DNA of 64,000 nucleotides from Tricharina praecox (Eukaryota): NCBI RefSeq assembly GCF_024521635.1, contig NW_026250411.1, positions 62,001 to 126,000 of the forward strand, read 5' to 3'. Shown piece by piece: positions 36,153 to 47,832 of this stretch (position 1 is its first letter; each line of letters starts with the position of its first letter). The notes under the pieces were generated by a model. It saw only the letters and a program-made list of their open reading frames with translations, ran no database searches and was not told where the DNA came from. The position numbers and the translations under genes were made by a program.

Positions 36153-38191
36153 ATGCCATCATACTTCTTTCACATACTCTTTGAGCTCTACGATACAAAT
36201 TCGCCCCTCTGCCAGAGCATACCGGAACTCTCAAACCTCTCATCAGCCCAGCTCTCGTCCCTACCCTTTTGGATTCCTCCGCAGGAGACAGACATCTTCA
36301 CCTCTGACCTCCCTTCGCATCCGAAGAAATACCTACCAGCCGCCCTACAACCACAACAGAAGCCTAAGCACGTGCGTCAGAAGAGCAAGAGCAAAGAGAA
36401 GGAAGCTGCTGGGCTTACGGACTGGCGGTTTGGACGGGTCAGGGTAGAATCGATAGATATGACTCCACCGCTGGGAAGCATTTCGACCTCCCCGTTGACG
36501 GGCAATGTTGCAGCACATAAGGCACGGTTTGTACCGTTGGAGACGAGGAATACAGAGTTCGGCTATGGAGTGGTACATCTCTACCGAGACACGGTAGAGA
36601 CGCCGGGACTCTATGATGCTCCACCAGAAGCAAACAGAGAGAAGGTCGGTAAAGTGAAGGATGAGGTGCTGGATGACGATGCGTTGAGGACGGCTGCGAT
36701 ATTAGCAGTTCCGTCGTACATGACGCCGTCGGACTTTATGGGCTTTGTTGGTGAGGGAACGAGGGACGCAGTATCGCATCTGCGGATGGTCCGAACCGGC
36801 AAGGCGAATCGTTACATGGTTCTCATGAAGTTCCGGACGAAAGAAGGAGCCAAGAAGTTTATAACAGATTTCAATGGAAAGGTTTTCAACAGTATGGAAG
36901 TATGTTACTTCAAAGCAAGCATCTCCGTAACTACATAGTAACTGACGCACTCCAGCCTGAAAACTGTCACGTGGTCTACGTGAAATCCATACAATTTGCA
37001 CCGCCTTCCACTACAATGGTCTCGCAGAACCTCAGACCAGGCGTCTTTCCCGAAATCTCGAATGACCCATTCTCACCGTCGCACTCCCCCGCGCCCGTGG
37101 AGCTAGCCACAAGCCCGTCTACTTCCTCCGCACCTCACATCTCCACCAAACCCGCTCCGCCGCCGACCCCAGCTCTCGAAGAGCTCCCCACCTGCCCTGT
37201 CTGCCTCGAGCGTATGGACGAAACGACCGGCCTGCTTACGATACTCTGCCAACACGTCTTCCACTGCGCCTGCCTCAGCAAATGGAAAGACTCCTCCTGT
37301 CCCGTCTGCCGCTACACGCAATCCTCTCACTCTCTAGCCGCGGACTCCGATGACTCGGATGGTCAAGAAGACTGCTGTAATACCTGCGGCGCAAACCAGA
37401 ACTTATGGATCTGCCTGATCTGCGGCAACGTTGGTTGCGGCCGCTACGACGATGCACACGCCTTCGAACACTACAAGATCACCTCGCACTGCTACGCCAT
37501 GGACATCGAGACACAGCGGGTCTGGGACTACGTGGGCGACGGCTATGTGCACCGGCTGATACAAAACAAATCCGACGGGAAACTGGTCGAACTACCATCC
37601 GCACTCACTCACTCGAACGATTCCGACTTGGACGGCGACCTTGTCCCCCGTGCGAAACTGGAGAACATTGGAATAGAGTATACGTACCTCCTCACGTCGC
37701 AGCTGGAATCACAGCGGCAATATTTTGAGGAACAGGTTACCAAAGCCGCCGACAAAGCATCCTCCGCCACCGCAGCTGCGGAGAAAGCTACCGCTGAAGC
37801 TGTCGCCGCTACCACCGCCCTCAAGGCAATTGAAGAGAAATACATAACCCTTTCGGAAGATGTCGTGCCGGCACTAGAAAAAGCTAAGACTCGTGCCGAG
37901 GGGAAAGCACAGAAACTTCAGGAGCTGGCGGGAAGGATGCAGAAAGAGTGGAAAGAGGAGAAGGGGGTCAATGATGGGCTGCTCGAGAGGGTCAAGTTCT
38001 TGGATAACGAGAACAAAGAGCGTGGGAAGGAGATTGCGGACCTTAAGGAGCAGGTGAGAGATCTGATGTTTTTCTTACAGGCCCGGGAGAAGTTAGAGGA
38101 TGCTAGTGAGGATGTGCAAGAAGGTACCCTCACGGTGGCGGAGGTACCAAAGGAGGATAAGAAGAAGAAGAAGGGGAAGGGACGGCGGTAG
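36153..38191 (+). CDS. ETP1: BRAP2/ETP1-like RING-H2 + ZnF-UBP ubiquitin ligase
   Basis: Exons 36153-36899 and 36956-38191. BRAP2 domain (ILAVPSYMTPSDFMGF, NRYMVLMKFR, FNSMEPENCHV), RING ELPTCPVCLERMD..CQHVFHCAC..CPVC, ZnF-UBP WICLICGNVGCGRY..HA..HY, and a C-terminal coiled coil. Confidence 0.95.
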
Positions 38192-38402
38192 AAACCATTG
38201 GTACTCGTACTTGATCGCTTTATTGTTTTGAAAAATAGGTATCGGCGTGTAAATGTGTTGTTGATACGGTGTGATCAGAGAATATACAATCGGATCACTC
38301 CTGTATTTATCTTCAGGAACGTATAGAGTAAATGCCACCGTCTTTCTATCTCCTCCCGTCTAGTTTGTTTTAAGGAACAAAAAAATGAATCAAAAAGTAC
38401 AA

Positions 38403-38501
38403 GGCCCAATCCCGGGTTTGAACCGGGGACCTCCCACATGCAGGCTGTTGAACAGCCGGGATAAACCCGAAGCGAGAATCATACCACTAGACCAATTGGG
38501 C
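38403..38501 (-). tRNA. tRNA-Pro(CGG), 27-nt intron
   Basis: Mature sequence identical to the 16447 copy; one intron substitution. Confidence 0.95.
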
Positions 38502-38791
38502 GTATGCTTGTCAGCGCTATTTTTTCCATGACCAAGCATTTTTGAAGCCATCAAGCTTGCTGGCCCCCAATGCATGCCGAGAAGCTTATCCGCTACCTAT
38601 ATCCGATATTCCAATGTTGCGCTTTCCGTTGTTCGTTACGGACGGAACCGCTGGTTACAAATTTTCCATTAACCGAGAAGCTTCTTTCTCCAACCGACGT
38701 ACCCCCGCCGGAGTGACGAATGTAGCTCTTAAGCCCCCTCCAGTGTCCACGCACACACCTTCGCACCTCTCCCACATCTCAATCAACAACA

Positions 38792-39742
38792 ATGACGACC
38801 TTCCAGCGCCTAATCCGTTTCCTTTCGACTGACGGGCAGATCTACAACGGCGAAGCCCTGCTCTCCCGCGGCATCAGCGATCTGAGCAAAGCTACGCGTG
38901 CTAAGATCATCACCGGTGATATCTTTGGCGCCCATGAAGTCACCGATCGCATCGTGAGCGTCGAATACCTGCTCACGCCGCTGCCCGTCGAGAAGGTCCG
39001 CACCGTAAGGTGCTTGGGATTGAACTACGCGAACCATGCGAAGGAGAGCGGAATGGCACTGCCGAAGTCGCCGGTTTTGTTTGTACGTAAAACCACTGCG
39101 GGAGGGAGAGAGGGAGGGGATGGGGAGTGCGGATGAGAGCTAATGGAGCGTGTGTGTGGATAGTACAAACCCGCGACTTCCCTCGCCTCGCCGAACGCAG
39201 ATATCTCCATCCCTCGCGTAGCGCAATCTCCCGGACTGGACTATGAAGTCGAGCTGGTGATCGTCATCGGCAAGGCGTGCCGTGATGTTCCGGAGAAAGA
39301 TGCGTACAAGTACATCCTTGGGTACAGTGTTGGCAACGACATGTCGCATCGGCCTCTGCAGCTCGGACCAGGACAGTGGTCGCTCGGAAAGGGATTCGAT
39401 ACGTGGGCGCCTTTTGGCCCCGGTATCATTAGCACCTCGGTTATCAAGGACCCGCAGTCGCTGAAGATTGCGACGAGGGTCAATGGTGAGACCAGGCAGA
39501 ACAGCTCTACCGCGGATCAGATCTTCAAGGTCGCAGAGACTGTGGCGAAGTTGAGTGCGGGGACTACGTTGTTGCCTGGTGATATTATTTTCACTGGTAC
39601 GCCGGAGGGTGTGGCAATGGGAGGGAAGAAGGGAGAGGAGAGGTGGTTGAAGGATGGGGATGTGGTGGAGGTTGAGCTCGAGGGTGTGGGTGTGTGTAGG
39701 AACAAGGTGGTGTTTGAAGGCGTGGGTGAGCCGAAGTTGTAG
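38792..39742 (+). CDS. Fumarylacetoacetate hydrolase (FAHD) family protein
   Basis: Exons 38792-39082 and 39164-39742. Motifs CLGLNYANHAKE, PVLFYKP, DYEVELVIVIGK, NDMSHR, GKGFDTWAPFGP and GDIIFTGTPEGV. Confidence 0.94.
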
Positions 39743-39966
39743 AGCTGTAGATGTTTGTATCATACATATAATCCGAGACGTCGCCATATATCCGGAACCT
39801 CCCACACTCATATATCCCTATATCCGTGTGGCTAAAGAGCACAGCATCTAGCCCTGACATTTCCCCACCAATCGGTCGCACCGGAACGCTCCCCAGCTCT
39901 GTATAAAGACGTACCTACATTCCCGTAAAGCTTGTTACGATACCCCACATCCCCACAATCGCCAAA

Positions 39967-40784
39967 ATGTCCACCTCAGCAGCCTTCACAGCGAAGTACG
40001 TCTCTACCAACCTTCCAGCAGGGGCCCCCACCTTTGCCGCATCTCTAATTCCCAACTTCACCGCCCTTCCCCTTCCTCCGCTCCTCAGCACCAGCGTCCT
40101 TACCGCCGCCCTCTGCGCCCTCAAGCGCGGAGACCTGGTTCCGCCACTCTTCAGCCACCTGGTCGATGTCCTGCACTATGACCCGCAGGAAGTGTTCACG
40201 GCCATGAGAACAGCCATCACCAGCACGCTCGTATTCTCCGGCGCGCCGCAGGTGGTCCCCGCGTGTCTCGGGCTCGCAGGGGAAATGAAGACACGGGGGC
40301 TCAGTCCATCCACCTTCTCAGATCGGTACGCTGTCCCCCTCCCCTCCCCCCGCTTTCCATCAGCAACAGCAACTGAACCTTGAAAAGCGGAGAAATCCTC
40401 CCCACCACTCTCCCTCTCGGACGGGAGACACACGCAGATATCTACAAAGCATCTGCAAACCCAGAGGTATTCCAGATGCTTGGTGAGTACTTTGGCGATG
40501 TGGAGTATGGTCTGATCGCTGTGGCTTTTGGGCTATATATGGGCGGTGAAGGGTTGAAGGAGAAGGAGTTGATGCTTGCGAGTGCTATTCTGGCCATGGG
40601 CGCGAAGAGGCAAGCTGGAAGTCACTTGAAGGCTTGTTTTGGGTTTGGGTGGAGTGGTGAGGAGGTCGGCGCTGCGGTGGGACTGGTCGAGAGGACCGCA
40701 GAGTGGTGTAAATCAAGTGTCCCGAAGATGGATATGAAGGCGCTGGAGAGCGAGGCGGCGGAGGCGATGGCAAAGAGGGAGTAG
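39967..40784 (+). CDS. AhpD / carboxymuconolactone decarboxylase-like protein
   Basis: Exons 39967-40325 and 40388-40784 join in frame. All-helical, with LVFSGAP and EKELMLASAILAMGAKRQAGSHLKACFGFGWSGEEV matching the CMD-like helix pattern. Confidence 0.7.
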
Positions 40785-40992
40785 TGCATGGTGGGTCACT
40801 CGGAGTTCCCAATGGCACATTCACGGGCTATTCCAAGTAGGTCTGACGTACATGCCTGATAATCAAGTCATACATATTCAATCCAAGGGATAAGCGAGTC
40901 GGCGCAACCAGTCACCAGGCAATAAAACTTTATGTCGGCGGAGCCACGGGATGGAACACACCGCCCAAGAGACCCACAACAGAAGGCAAGTG

Positions 40993-42059
40993 TCATCCAA
41001 ATCTTGAATTCAGGTGCTGTACAAATAGCTCCTTGATCCTTTCCTTTGCCAGCACATGAGACCTATTCAATCCCGTGAAGTCCCTCCTTATGCTTTGTAG
41101 CTGGGATGGTGTCAAGTCGTTCCCAGGTAGTTCAAGTGCCTTTGTACAAATTAGCCTTGACTTCTTGGAATTGGCAGGAATAGGACATACAATACTACAG
41201 CCAGGAACAGGCAATACCCCTCCCCCTCCGAAGTTCCGTTGGTGTTCTTGAATGAGAGACACAACCTCTTGCGTCGTTTTCCCCAATTCATGCAGGTAAT
41301 CGCCGGCGGCGGCAGGCCTCTATATCACTTCATCAGTAAACCCGCACTGTCGACCGATAGAGGGTAGACGAACCAGGACAGTTGCTTGATGGGACTTAAC
41401 CACCCCACCTTTCCCCATCATGGCATCCCATATTCCCTTCAGGTCCGGCTTCTCATCCACATATGGCACCGTAAACAGCGGGCTATCCCACCGGGACATT
41501 CCGTTCGGCTCCTCGTATCTAAAGATCAAGTTTTCGAGTATATCCTCTGGGTATTTCACCGCCTCTTCTGCCTCGCCGTTCCAAGTCCGACACGAATCCG
41601 CCGGCGCAGCAACATGTACCTCTTCCCCCGTCAGCTGTCTGCGCGGATAGTAGCTCCACTCGTGGACATACCACACAACTCGGCGTCAACGCCGCCTTCG
41701 CCTCGCAGTACAGTTGGTACCGCAATCCCTTGATGTAATACAGCCCGTCCGCTATGACGATGTTCTCCTTCCCCAGCAGGCGCTTCACCGCCGAGTACTC
41801 CGTCGCGCGCGCTTCCTTCTCGGCCCTTGCATCGCGGTAGGCGGTTCGCTGAAGCCCGAGCGACTCGGTGTTGACGATGTGGACGTTCAGGCGGGATTCG
41901 CGCGAGTTCGGCGGGGCGCTGGCGATTTTCTCGTTGAAGTATTTCGCAATTTCATTCGCACGCATGGTTTTGCCAGAGGAAGGGTAACCGGAGATTATTA
42001 TTAGCTTGCTGAGTTAGTATGAATGGCCCAGGTGAGAGGTGGAGAGGACTCACTGGCAT
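40993..42059 (-). CDS. KTI12: Elongator-associated ATPase Kti12
   Basis: Exons 42059-42054, 42004-41672, 41619-41374 and 41319-40993. Motifs MPLIIISGYPSSGKT (P-loop), IVIADGLYYIKGLRYQLYCEAK, RYEEPNGMSRWDSPLF and QLQSIRRDF. Confidence 0.95.
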
Positions 42060-42808
42060 CGTGGGCTGTAATGTGCTGTGCGAGTATGGATGGGGGGTTG
42101 CACTGACGTTGGTCTTGGTGGGGTTCGTTGAGGCTGATGTCGGATAACGTTCGCACATGATTTGCGCGACGGCACGGTCATGGAGGGTCGTTCGATCCGC
42201 TGTCTGTGCACTCAGGCTATCGCTAAAAGAAGGGGAACGCGCCGACACCTCACCCCACCTTCCACAGCACGGACAGCCATTCAGCTGATCACGGATCTCG
42301 AGGATCACGACGCCACCCCGTCAGTCAAGCTTCAAGGCCCTGTACGAGCCGTAATGGCCTCATGTACTCCCTCTTCAAGCATTGAACTGCTCTGACAACT
42401 CACATCCGATCCCCACATCCGATCGAACCCGGGGCACCACATTTTGACATTAAAGCCGGAACCAATCCCATTCCCCCCCTCCTCCTCCTCTTCCTCTTTC
42501 AGGAACACGCTCCCCCATCCTTCGGCAAAGGCCCAAGAGTCTTCTCCTTCCCCGCCGAGTCGACGCTAGAAGGCCAGTCACAGCAACTGAGACAACTGGA
42601 AGAGAGCCCGCATGCCGCTTATCTACGTGGGTTCGTGCCCCTTGCACTTGACGGGATCTCATTGCCGTTGCTCGTCATCGGCACCGAGGGCCCGATCGCG
42701 GGCTCGCACCGCACCGCAGCGCGTCTTCATCACCCGTGTCGCGAACCAAAACATTGGCATCCTTCATTCAACACTCATGGAGGGCCTCTGAAGAGCTACC
42801 AATATCAA

Positions 42809-42814
42809 GCGCTA

Positions 42815-42845
<31 letters not shown>

Positions 42846-42908
42846 TGGTTCGGTCATATCCAATCCGGGGTAATCTGAAGGTCACCCGTTCAATCCGGGT
42901 TTGGCGCA
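42809..42908 (+). tRNA. tRNA-Phe(GAA), 27-nt intron
   Basis: Same mature sequence as the other Phe copies; it has the most diverged intron, tggttcggtcatatccaatccggggta. Confidence 0.96.
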
Positions 42909-43281
42909 TACCATGGAGGGTCTTCGTCTCGGGGATGTCTCTTCTTTTTGGCGATCTGGGTGGTTCGCTGGCTCTTCTTCCTCCTGCCTACCGATGTCTC
43001 AGTTGAGACACCTGGCACGACGGATGCCGCGTGGCTGGATCTGGCGAACTAAATCTCTGCGCTCATCTGTGTCTGGGCCTCTGGGCCTGGGCGTAGATTT
43101 ATGGCTTTGGTTTTTGCCATTCAAAATGCATTACCGATATCCCTTATAAAGGCGGGCAGTTGCGTGTCGGGGCAAAAAACGGAACGACAGAAAAAAAGAT
43201 ATCACGACATAAAAGACTATCACGACCCTCTTCGAGCCAATATCCACGCACTCCTACATATCTACATACCGATTACATACA

Positions 43282-43785
43282 ATGCCTGGCTTCCGCGAAT
43301 CACTCCGAAGTTTCTTCTCGCGCAGCTTCTGCCGACGAAAGCACCGACAAGCCCGACGAGACAAGCTGGGGCCGTCCAGTCCCAGTCTCAGTCCGCAAAC
43401 GACGACAACGTCATCACGCACACGCACACGAACACCCACACTATCCACGCAGCCAACAGCAACAGCAACGAATGCCCCGTCGCGAGACCACTGTCTCCAC
43501 TGCGAATGCGAGTTCGAATCGGGCTATGGCGCGCCGTTCCGCCCGTGTGAACACACCGGCATGCACTACAGATGCGCGCGTCTCCTGTTCCGGTTCCAGC
43601 AGAAGGTCTCGTGTCCGACGTGTGGCGCTACGTTGGATCTGACCACCGAGGTCGACGATTCGTGGCGTAGTCGGAAGAGTGTCGATTCGAGAATGGCGGG
43701 GGATATAGTGGGTGGAGAGGGATACGGTGGCGTCGCCAGGGTCGAGCGGCCGACAACGATGAATAAAAGCACAACGATAACGTAA
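43282..43785 (+). CDS. Small RING-H2-like zinc finger protein
   Basis: 167-aa ORF containing CLHC-x14-CEH-x3-H-x2-C-x12-CPTC. TATAAA occurs near 43145 and the start context is ACAATG. Confidence 0.7.
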   Translation: MPGFRESLRSFFSRSFCRRKHRQARRDKLGPSSPSLSPQTTTTSSRTRTRTPTLSTQPTATATNAPSRDHCLHCECEFESGYGAPFRPCEHTGMHYRCARLLFRFQQKVSCPTCGATLDLTTEVDDSWRSRKSVDSRMAGDIVGGEGYGGVARVERPTTMNKSTTIT

Positions 43786-44603
43786 ATGAAGGGGAGGGAA
43801 GGAAAGTGAAGGAAGGGGAAGGGAAGGGGGGGAGGGAAGGGGGGAGGGGGGGGTGGATGGCAGGTGGAAGAAAGGAAGGAACGCCAGGACTGGCAGGAAC
43901 GCGTTGGAAACGCCGTCACGAAGGGTTGAAGTTGTCTCGCATTTCATTCACATCATTTGTCCATCAATATCAAGCATGTTCATTTGTATTATTCATGTAA
44001 ACTACCAATCACAAACATCGAACTCGAAGTCACCACCGCGTTGGCAGCACTCGAACAAACGAAACGATGAGGGTTTTCTGAAAGCCTATTGATGTGTTAG
44101 CGCATGCACTCTTTTGTCTCAGAAGAAGCGACATGGCAAAAAAGCGGACAGCACAACAATGGTATCAGATAGGGGTGAAAGACATGATGGTTGTATCTCA
44201 ACATTGGCTAGTAGACCTCAGTTGAACTATGCATTGATTTCAAATAATCATCATGATAGTTGTTGTGCTGTGAGCGCTGGGAAATGTCTGGGAAGCGGAA
44301 ACGTACCAATAAGTCAATCGCTGTGGGCGGTGTTGTTAGTGGATCAGCTGCATTGCTGGAATCGCTGTGTGTTGATGGTGGTGGTCGGAGGAAGAGCTGA
44401 GGGAGTGGTGTGGTGAAGATCGAGTAAAGTAGAGGCGGCGGCGAAAGTTTGTGGTGCGGCGAAAGTTGGGGTGCGGCTAAAAGCCAGTAGGGCTTAGGGC
44501 TCGGGTCATTTGGTACTGCGCCACGATACTTGCACGTGATCCAGCCACTTACGTACCATTGAGTGCTCCCAAGCAGCACAGCCATCAAGCCACATACCAC
44601 TTG

Positions 44604-44771
44604 TGACGTCAGTGGGCGGATGCGGACCCGTCGATGCAGGCTGAACGAAACGCCCAGCCACATTTTACCCCGACCTTGATTTCGCACGAACGGTGACATC
44701 GTATGGAATGATTCAGGTACTGTGTCCTATTGGTGCCAGGTTTTCCGAGTTGCCAGCGGAGAGCTTATAAA
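44604..44771 (+). promoter_or_regulatory. CRE palindrome (TGACGTCA, 44604-44611) and TATA box (TATAAA, 44766-44771) of microprotein gene
   Basis: Both are exact motifs upstream of a CA-rich leader containing an intron at 44878-44951. Confidence 0.6.
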
Positions 44772-44971
44772 GAAGCTTAAATCCTCCCCGTCTTTTATGT
44801 AGTAGCTCCATCCATCCTCAGCAACATCGAGAATACAAACAAACACTACCCATAAACACCACACTACCTACCACACAGTACGTCTTCAGCTCCTTTGCTT
44901 AGTATCGTCTGTTGGCGGTGACTTCTTACTGACGGAGTTGCGTTGCTTCAGAACCAGAACCACACATCAAC

Positions 44972-45094
44972 ATGCCCTTCACCTACAGCAAAGGCTACGG
45001 CGGTAAACGCTTCGGCTTCGGACTCTCAGCCAACAAACACGGCGTCCGGCCCCATACCCGGTTCAGGTTTTGCGGCCTGAACTGCTTCCGTTAA
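44972..45094 (+). CDS. 40-aa cationic microprotein (MPFTYSKGYGGKRFGFGLSANKHGVRPHTRFRFCGLNCFR)
   Basis: Not in the ORF track because it is under 60 aa. TATA box, 5'UTR intron GTACGT..TACTGAC..TTCAG (44878-44951), start context TCAACATG, strongly C-ending codons, TAA stop and a U-rich 3' region. Confidence 0.75.
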   Translation: MPFTYSKGYGGKRFGFGLSANKHGVRPHTRFRFCGLNCFR

Positions 45095-47832
45095 GTTAAA
45101 CCAACGACGGATTCGATTCGATTTCATGACGGCGGTGGGAAGGGGGGAAATACATAGCGTGGAATTGGAATTTAATTCGCGGGCTTGCGGGTTACAGTAA
45201 TATTGTGTATACGAGAATAATGACTTGCTTTTGTTTGTCTGTTTGTAAAGCGAGCGAATCAAATGGTTGCTTCTTCGTTTCGTCAGTGTTGCATTCGGCA
45301 GCTTTCATGGCAGCTTTCATGGCAGCTCACAGTACCTATCGCACCTCTCCGTATGTACCTGTGAGGGTCACGTTGAAGTGCCTATTCAGCCTTGTATGTC
45401 TTTTTACATTCGGTGTAATCAGTTATCGGAGTCAGCCCATCATGCTATGACGACGCACACTCGCATCCCGCCCATTCTTATATATCATTGTTGTAACCCT
45501 AAGTATCGAACCGAGTGACGTCCATGCTCCACCGACAAATGTACCTGCCACCTGGTATATACACCTTTATTGACCTGATACTTCCGTAGGGACAGTGTGA
45601 TACTCCACTCTTTTCCGATGCCACGCTTTCGGTATCAGCTAGAAATATTACCACCGCCAGGGCCGTCGGGAGCCAACGGCGCCTATTCCACCTCTTTATC
45701 CTTGCTATCTCTCCGCCGAGAAAACCTAAAAGATCGACAATCGGCTACCGGTGGTATGTACCTTTGAGTCGTATTCGCGAAGCTCATCCTTCCCCTGTGG
45801 GCGGTGGACCCTGTGGTTTGGAATTCCGACTACTGGAGGTTCCGGTCCTTGGCTGGTGAATGGGGCACTCGAGGCGTCTGAAGCTGGGCAGAATGGCTGT
45901 TGAGCCCCCCACTCTAAACCGCCACCTAGTTAGCCCAAGGAGCGAATCTGGCTGGGGGCCGTTGCCGACTATCTACCCATAGAATAGGCCTCGGAAGGAT
46001 CAATGGGTACGGTACATAGCAGTGAATTAACAAGGACAGATTCCAGAGGTGCTCGGTATGTACATACCGGTACATACAGAGCCGCTGTCTGAGACCAGAA
46101 GAGCCCCAGCCCTGGCCCGGACCCGAAGTAATGGTGCCCGTCCACCCCACACTTCACGATCTCTCTGACGACTGGTCAACTCAAAGGGCCCTGCAGGATA
46201 TATGAAACTCTACAGAAGTTTATCTCTATACCGTGGCATCCCACGCACACTAGTTATTGCATATAGTAGCGCCGGCTCGCTACCATACCTATCTCTCTGC
46301 CTATCCCCCCAACGTTACATGTCGACGTCGGGCCCGTTGCTCGATGGAATCGAGTCAGTTTTGGCCGGAAAGATATGTCTCTATCAAACCCTGGGCCTGG
46401 TGCGATAACAATGTGCGGTACATATGGCATGGATGTCCAGAAGTAAGTTAAGCGTCTCGGCGGATGGGGGAGACAGGCTAAGCTCATCGGACATCGGGCG
46501 GGTTAAAACGTTGGTGGTCGTGTGCCTCTCTCTCTGAGTCTCTGAGGCTTCTCCATGCATCGAGAATCCGGCCGGGAGAACATGATCGAGGACAGTGAGT
46601 TTCCGTTATCCATCCTACGGGCAATTGCACTTCTGGTCACGGCCCTGTTTCTCGAACGAGAGGGCAAAGAACACAGCAAAAACAAGGTGTTTCGACGCGA
46701 TGTAGGCCGATAAGGTGGCCACGATAAGCCTACCCTCGACTCTCAGAACACTCTCTCCTCGATTCTTTCCCCCACCACCTTGCATTCGTCCCGCCGCACA
46801 ACGCCGACTATCAACGGCGAATCCGGGTCTCGACCGGATCCCAAGTCCATGGCAAAAACAAAAAGCAAAAGTGAACGACGATGTGGGACGGGAAACTTTG
46901 GCTTCGTTCGTCTAGGTACACTACCTAACTCCCCAATATGCGTGCCACCAGCCACTCGGGAGTCTCCAACCGACCAATAGTACTGATATCTGGACAACAG
47001 CGGGCTAGGCCCTTATCGTCACCATCATTCCTATTATTTCCCGATCACCTGCTACATCTTGAAAGGTCGATTTTGCCTCGTTCTTACCGGGGTTCTGGAG
47101 GGGGGGGAGGTTAGCGAGATCCAGATATCTACCGTAACCCGCCGAAACCTGGCTTCCCAGGGAGCAACGGATGGTCCGTTTTGGACGACCTGCGTGAAGA
47201 TTTCGGTCGCCGAAGAGAAGAGCAGAAGCGCCATGCTGACATGCCTACATGCTCTGCGCAATGCGCATGCCCTGTCCAAACCGCCATACCTACATATTTT
47301 AATATTACCCGTCGGAGAGGTGAGGTGCGTTTCGATCGCATGTGGTTGGGGCCTGGCAGTGGGGTGTGGTGCACCGCACTGCACCGGTGCCACCGAAGGA
47401 CCGAAAAAGCTAAGATCTCTCCCATCCCATCCATTCCTTAGCTCGCAGATAGAGAGAGTGGGGTTGCGTTGCGTTACCTTTATCGAATCCCGCACGTTTT
47501 CTTGATCCGGGGGTGCGGACGCTCTGTTCGGGATGCGCAATCAAGTAAATGCCTCCGAGTACATAAGGCGCAGAGTGCCGCGGGGGAACAGCAACGTCAC
47601 TACCGAAGCCGTTGCGAGATAATACCACCCTCCACCCCCCCCTCCTCCTCCTCCGCAGACTACTCTTTCTGCTCTCTCCTCATACCTTCCTCCATCGACA
47701 CGGAGAGGTTACCCACATCTTCCCTACAGGCAGGCCCTCGAGCGGATTTGTCACGACCGAGACGGTTGCATCGGAACGTTATACACATATACCAGCGCTC
47801 GGAGAGAACAGCAGTGCCATATTACCATCACG

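Noticed and set aside
40993..42908. Functional link between KTI12 and the neighbouring tRNAs
   Set aside because: Elongator modifies U34 tRNAs; Phe-GAA (G34) and Pro-CGG (C34) are not substrates.
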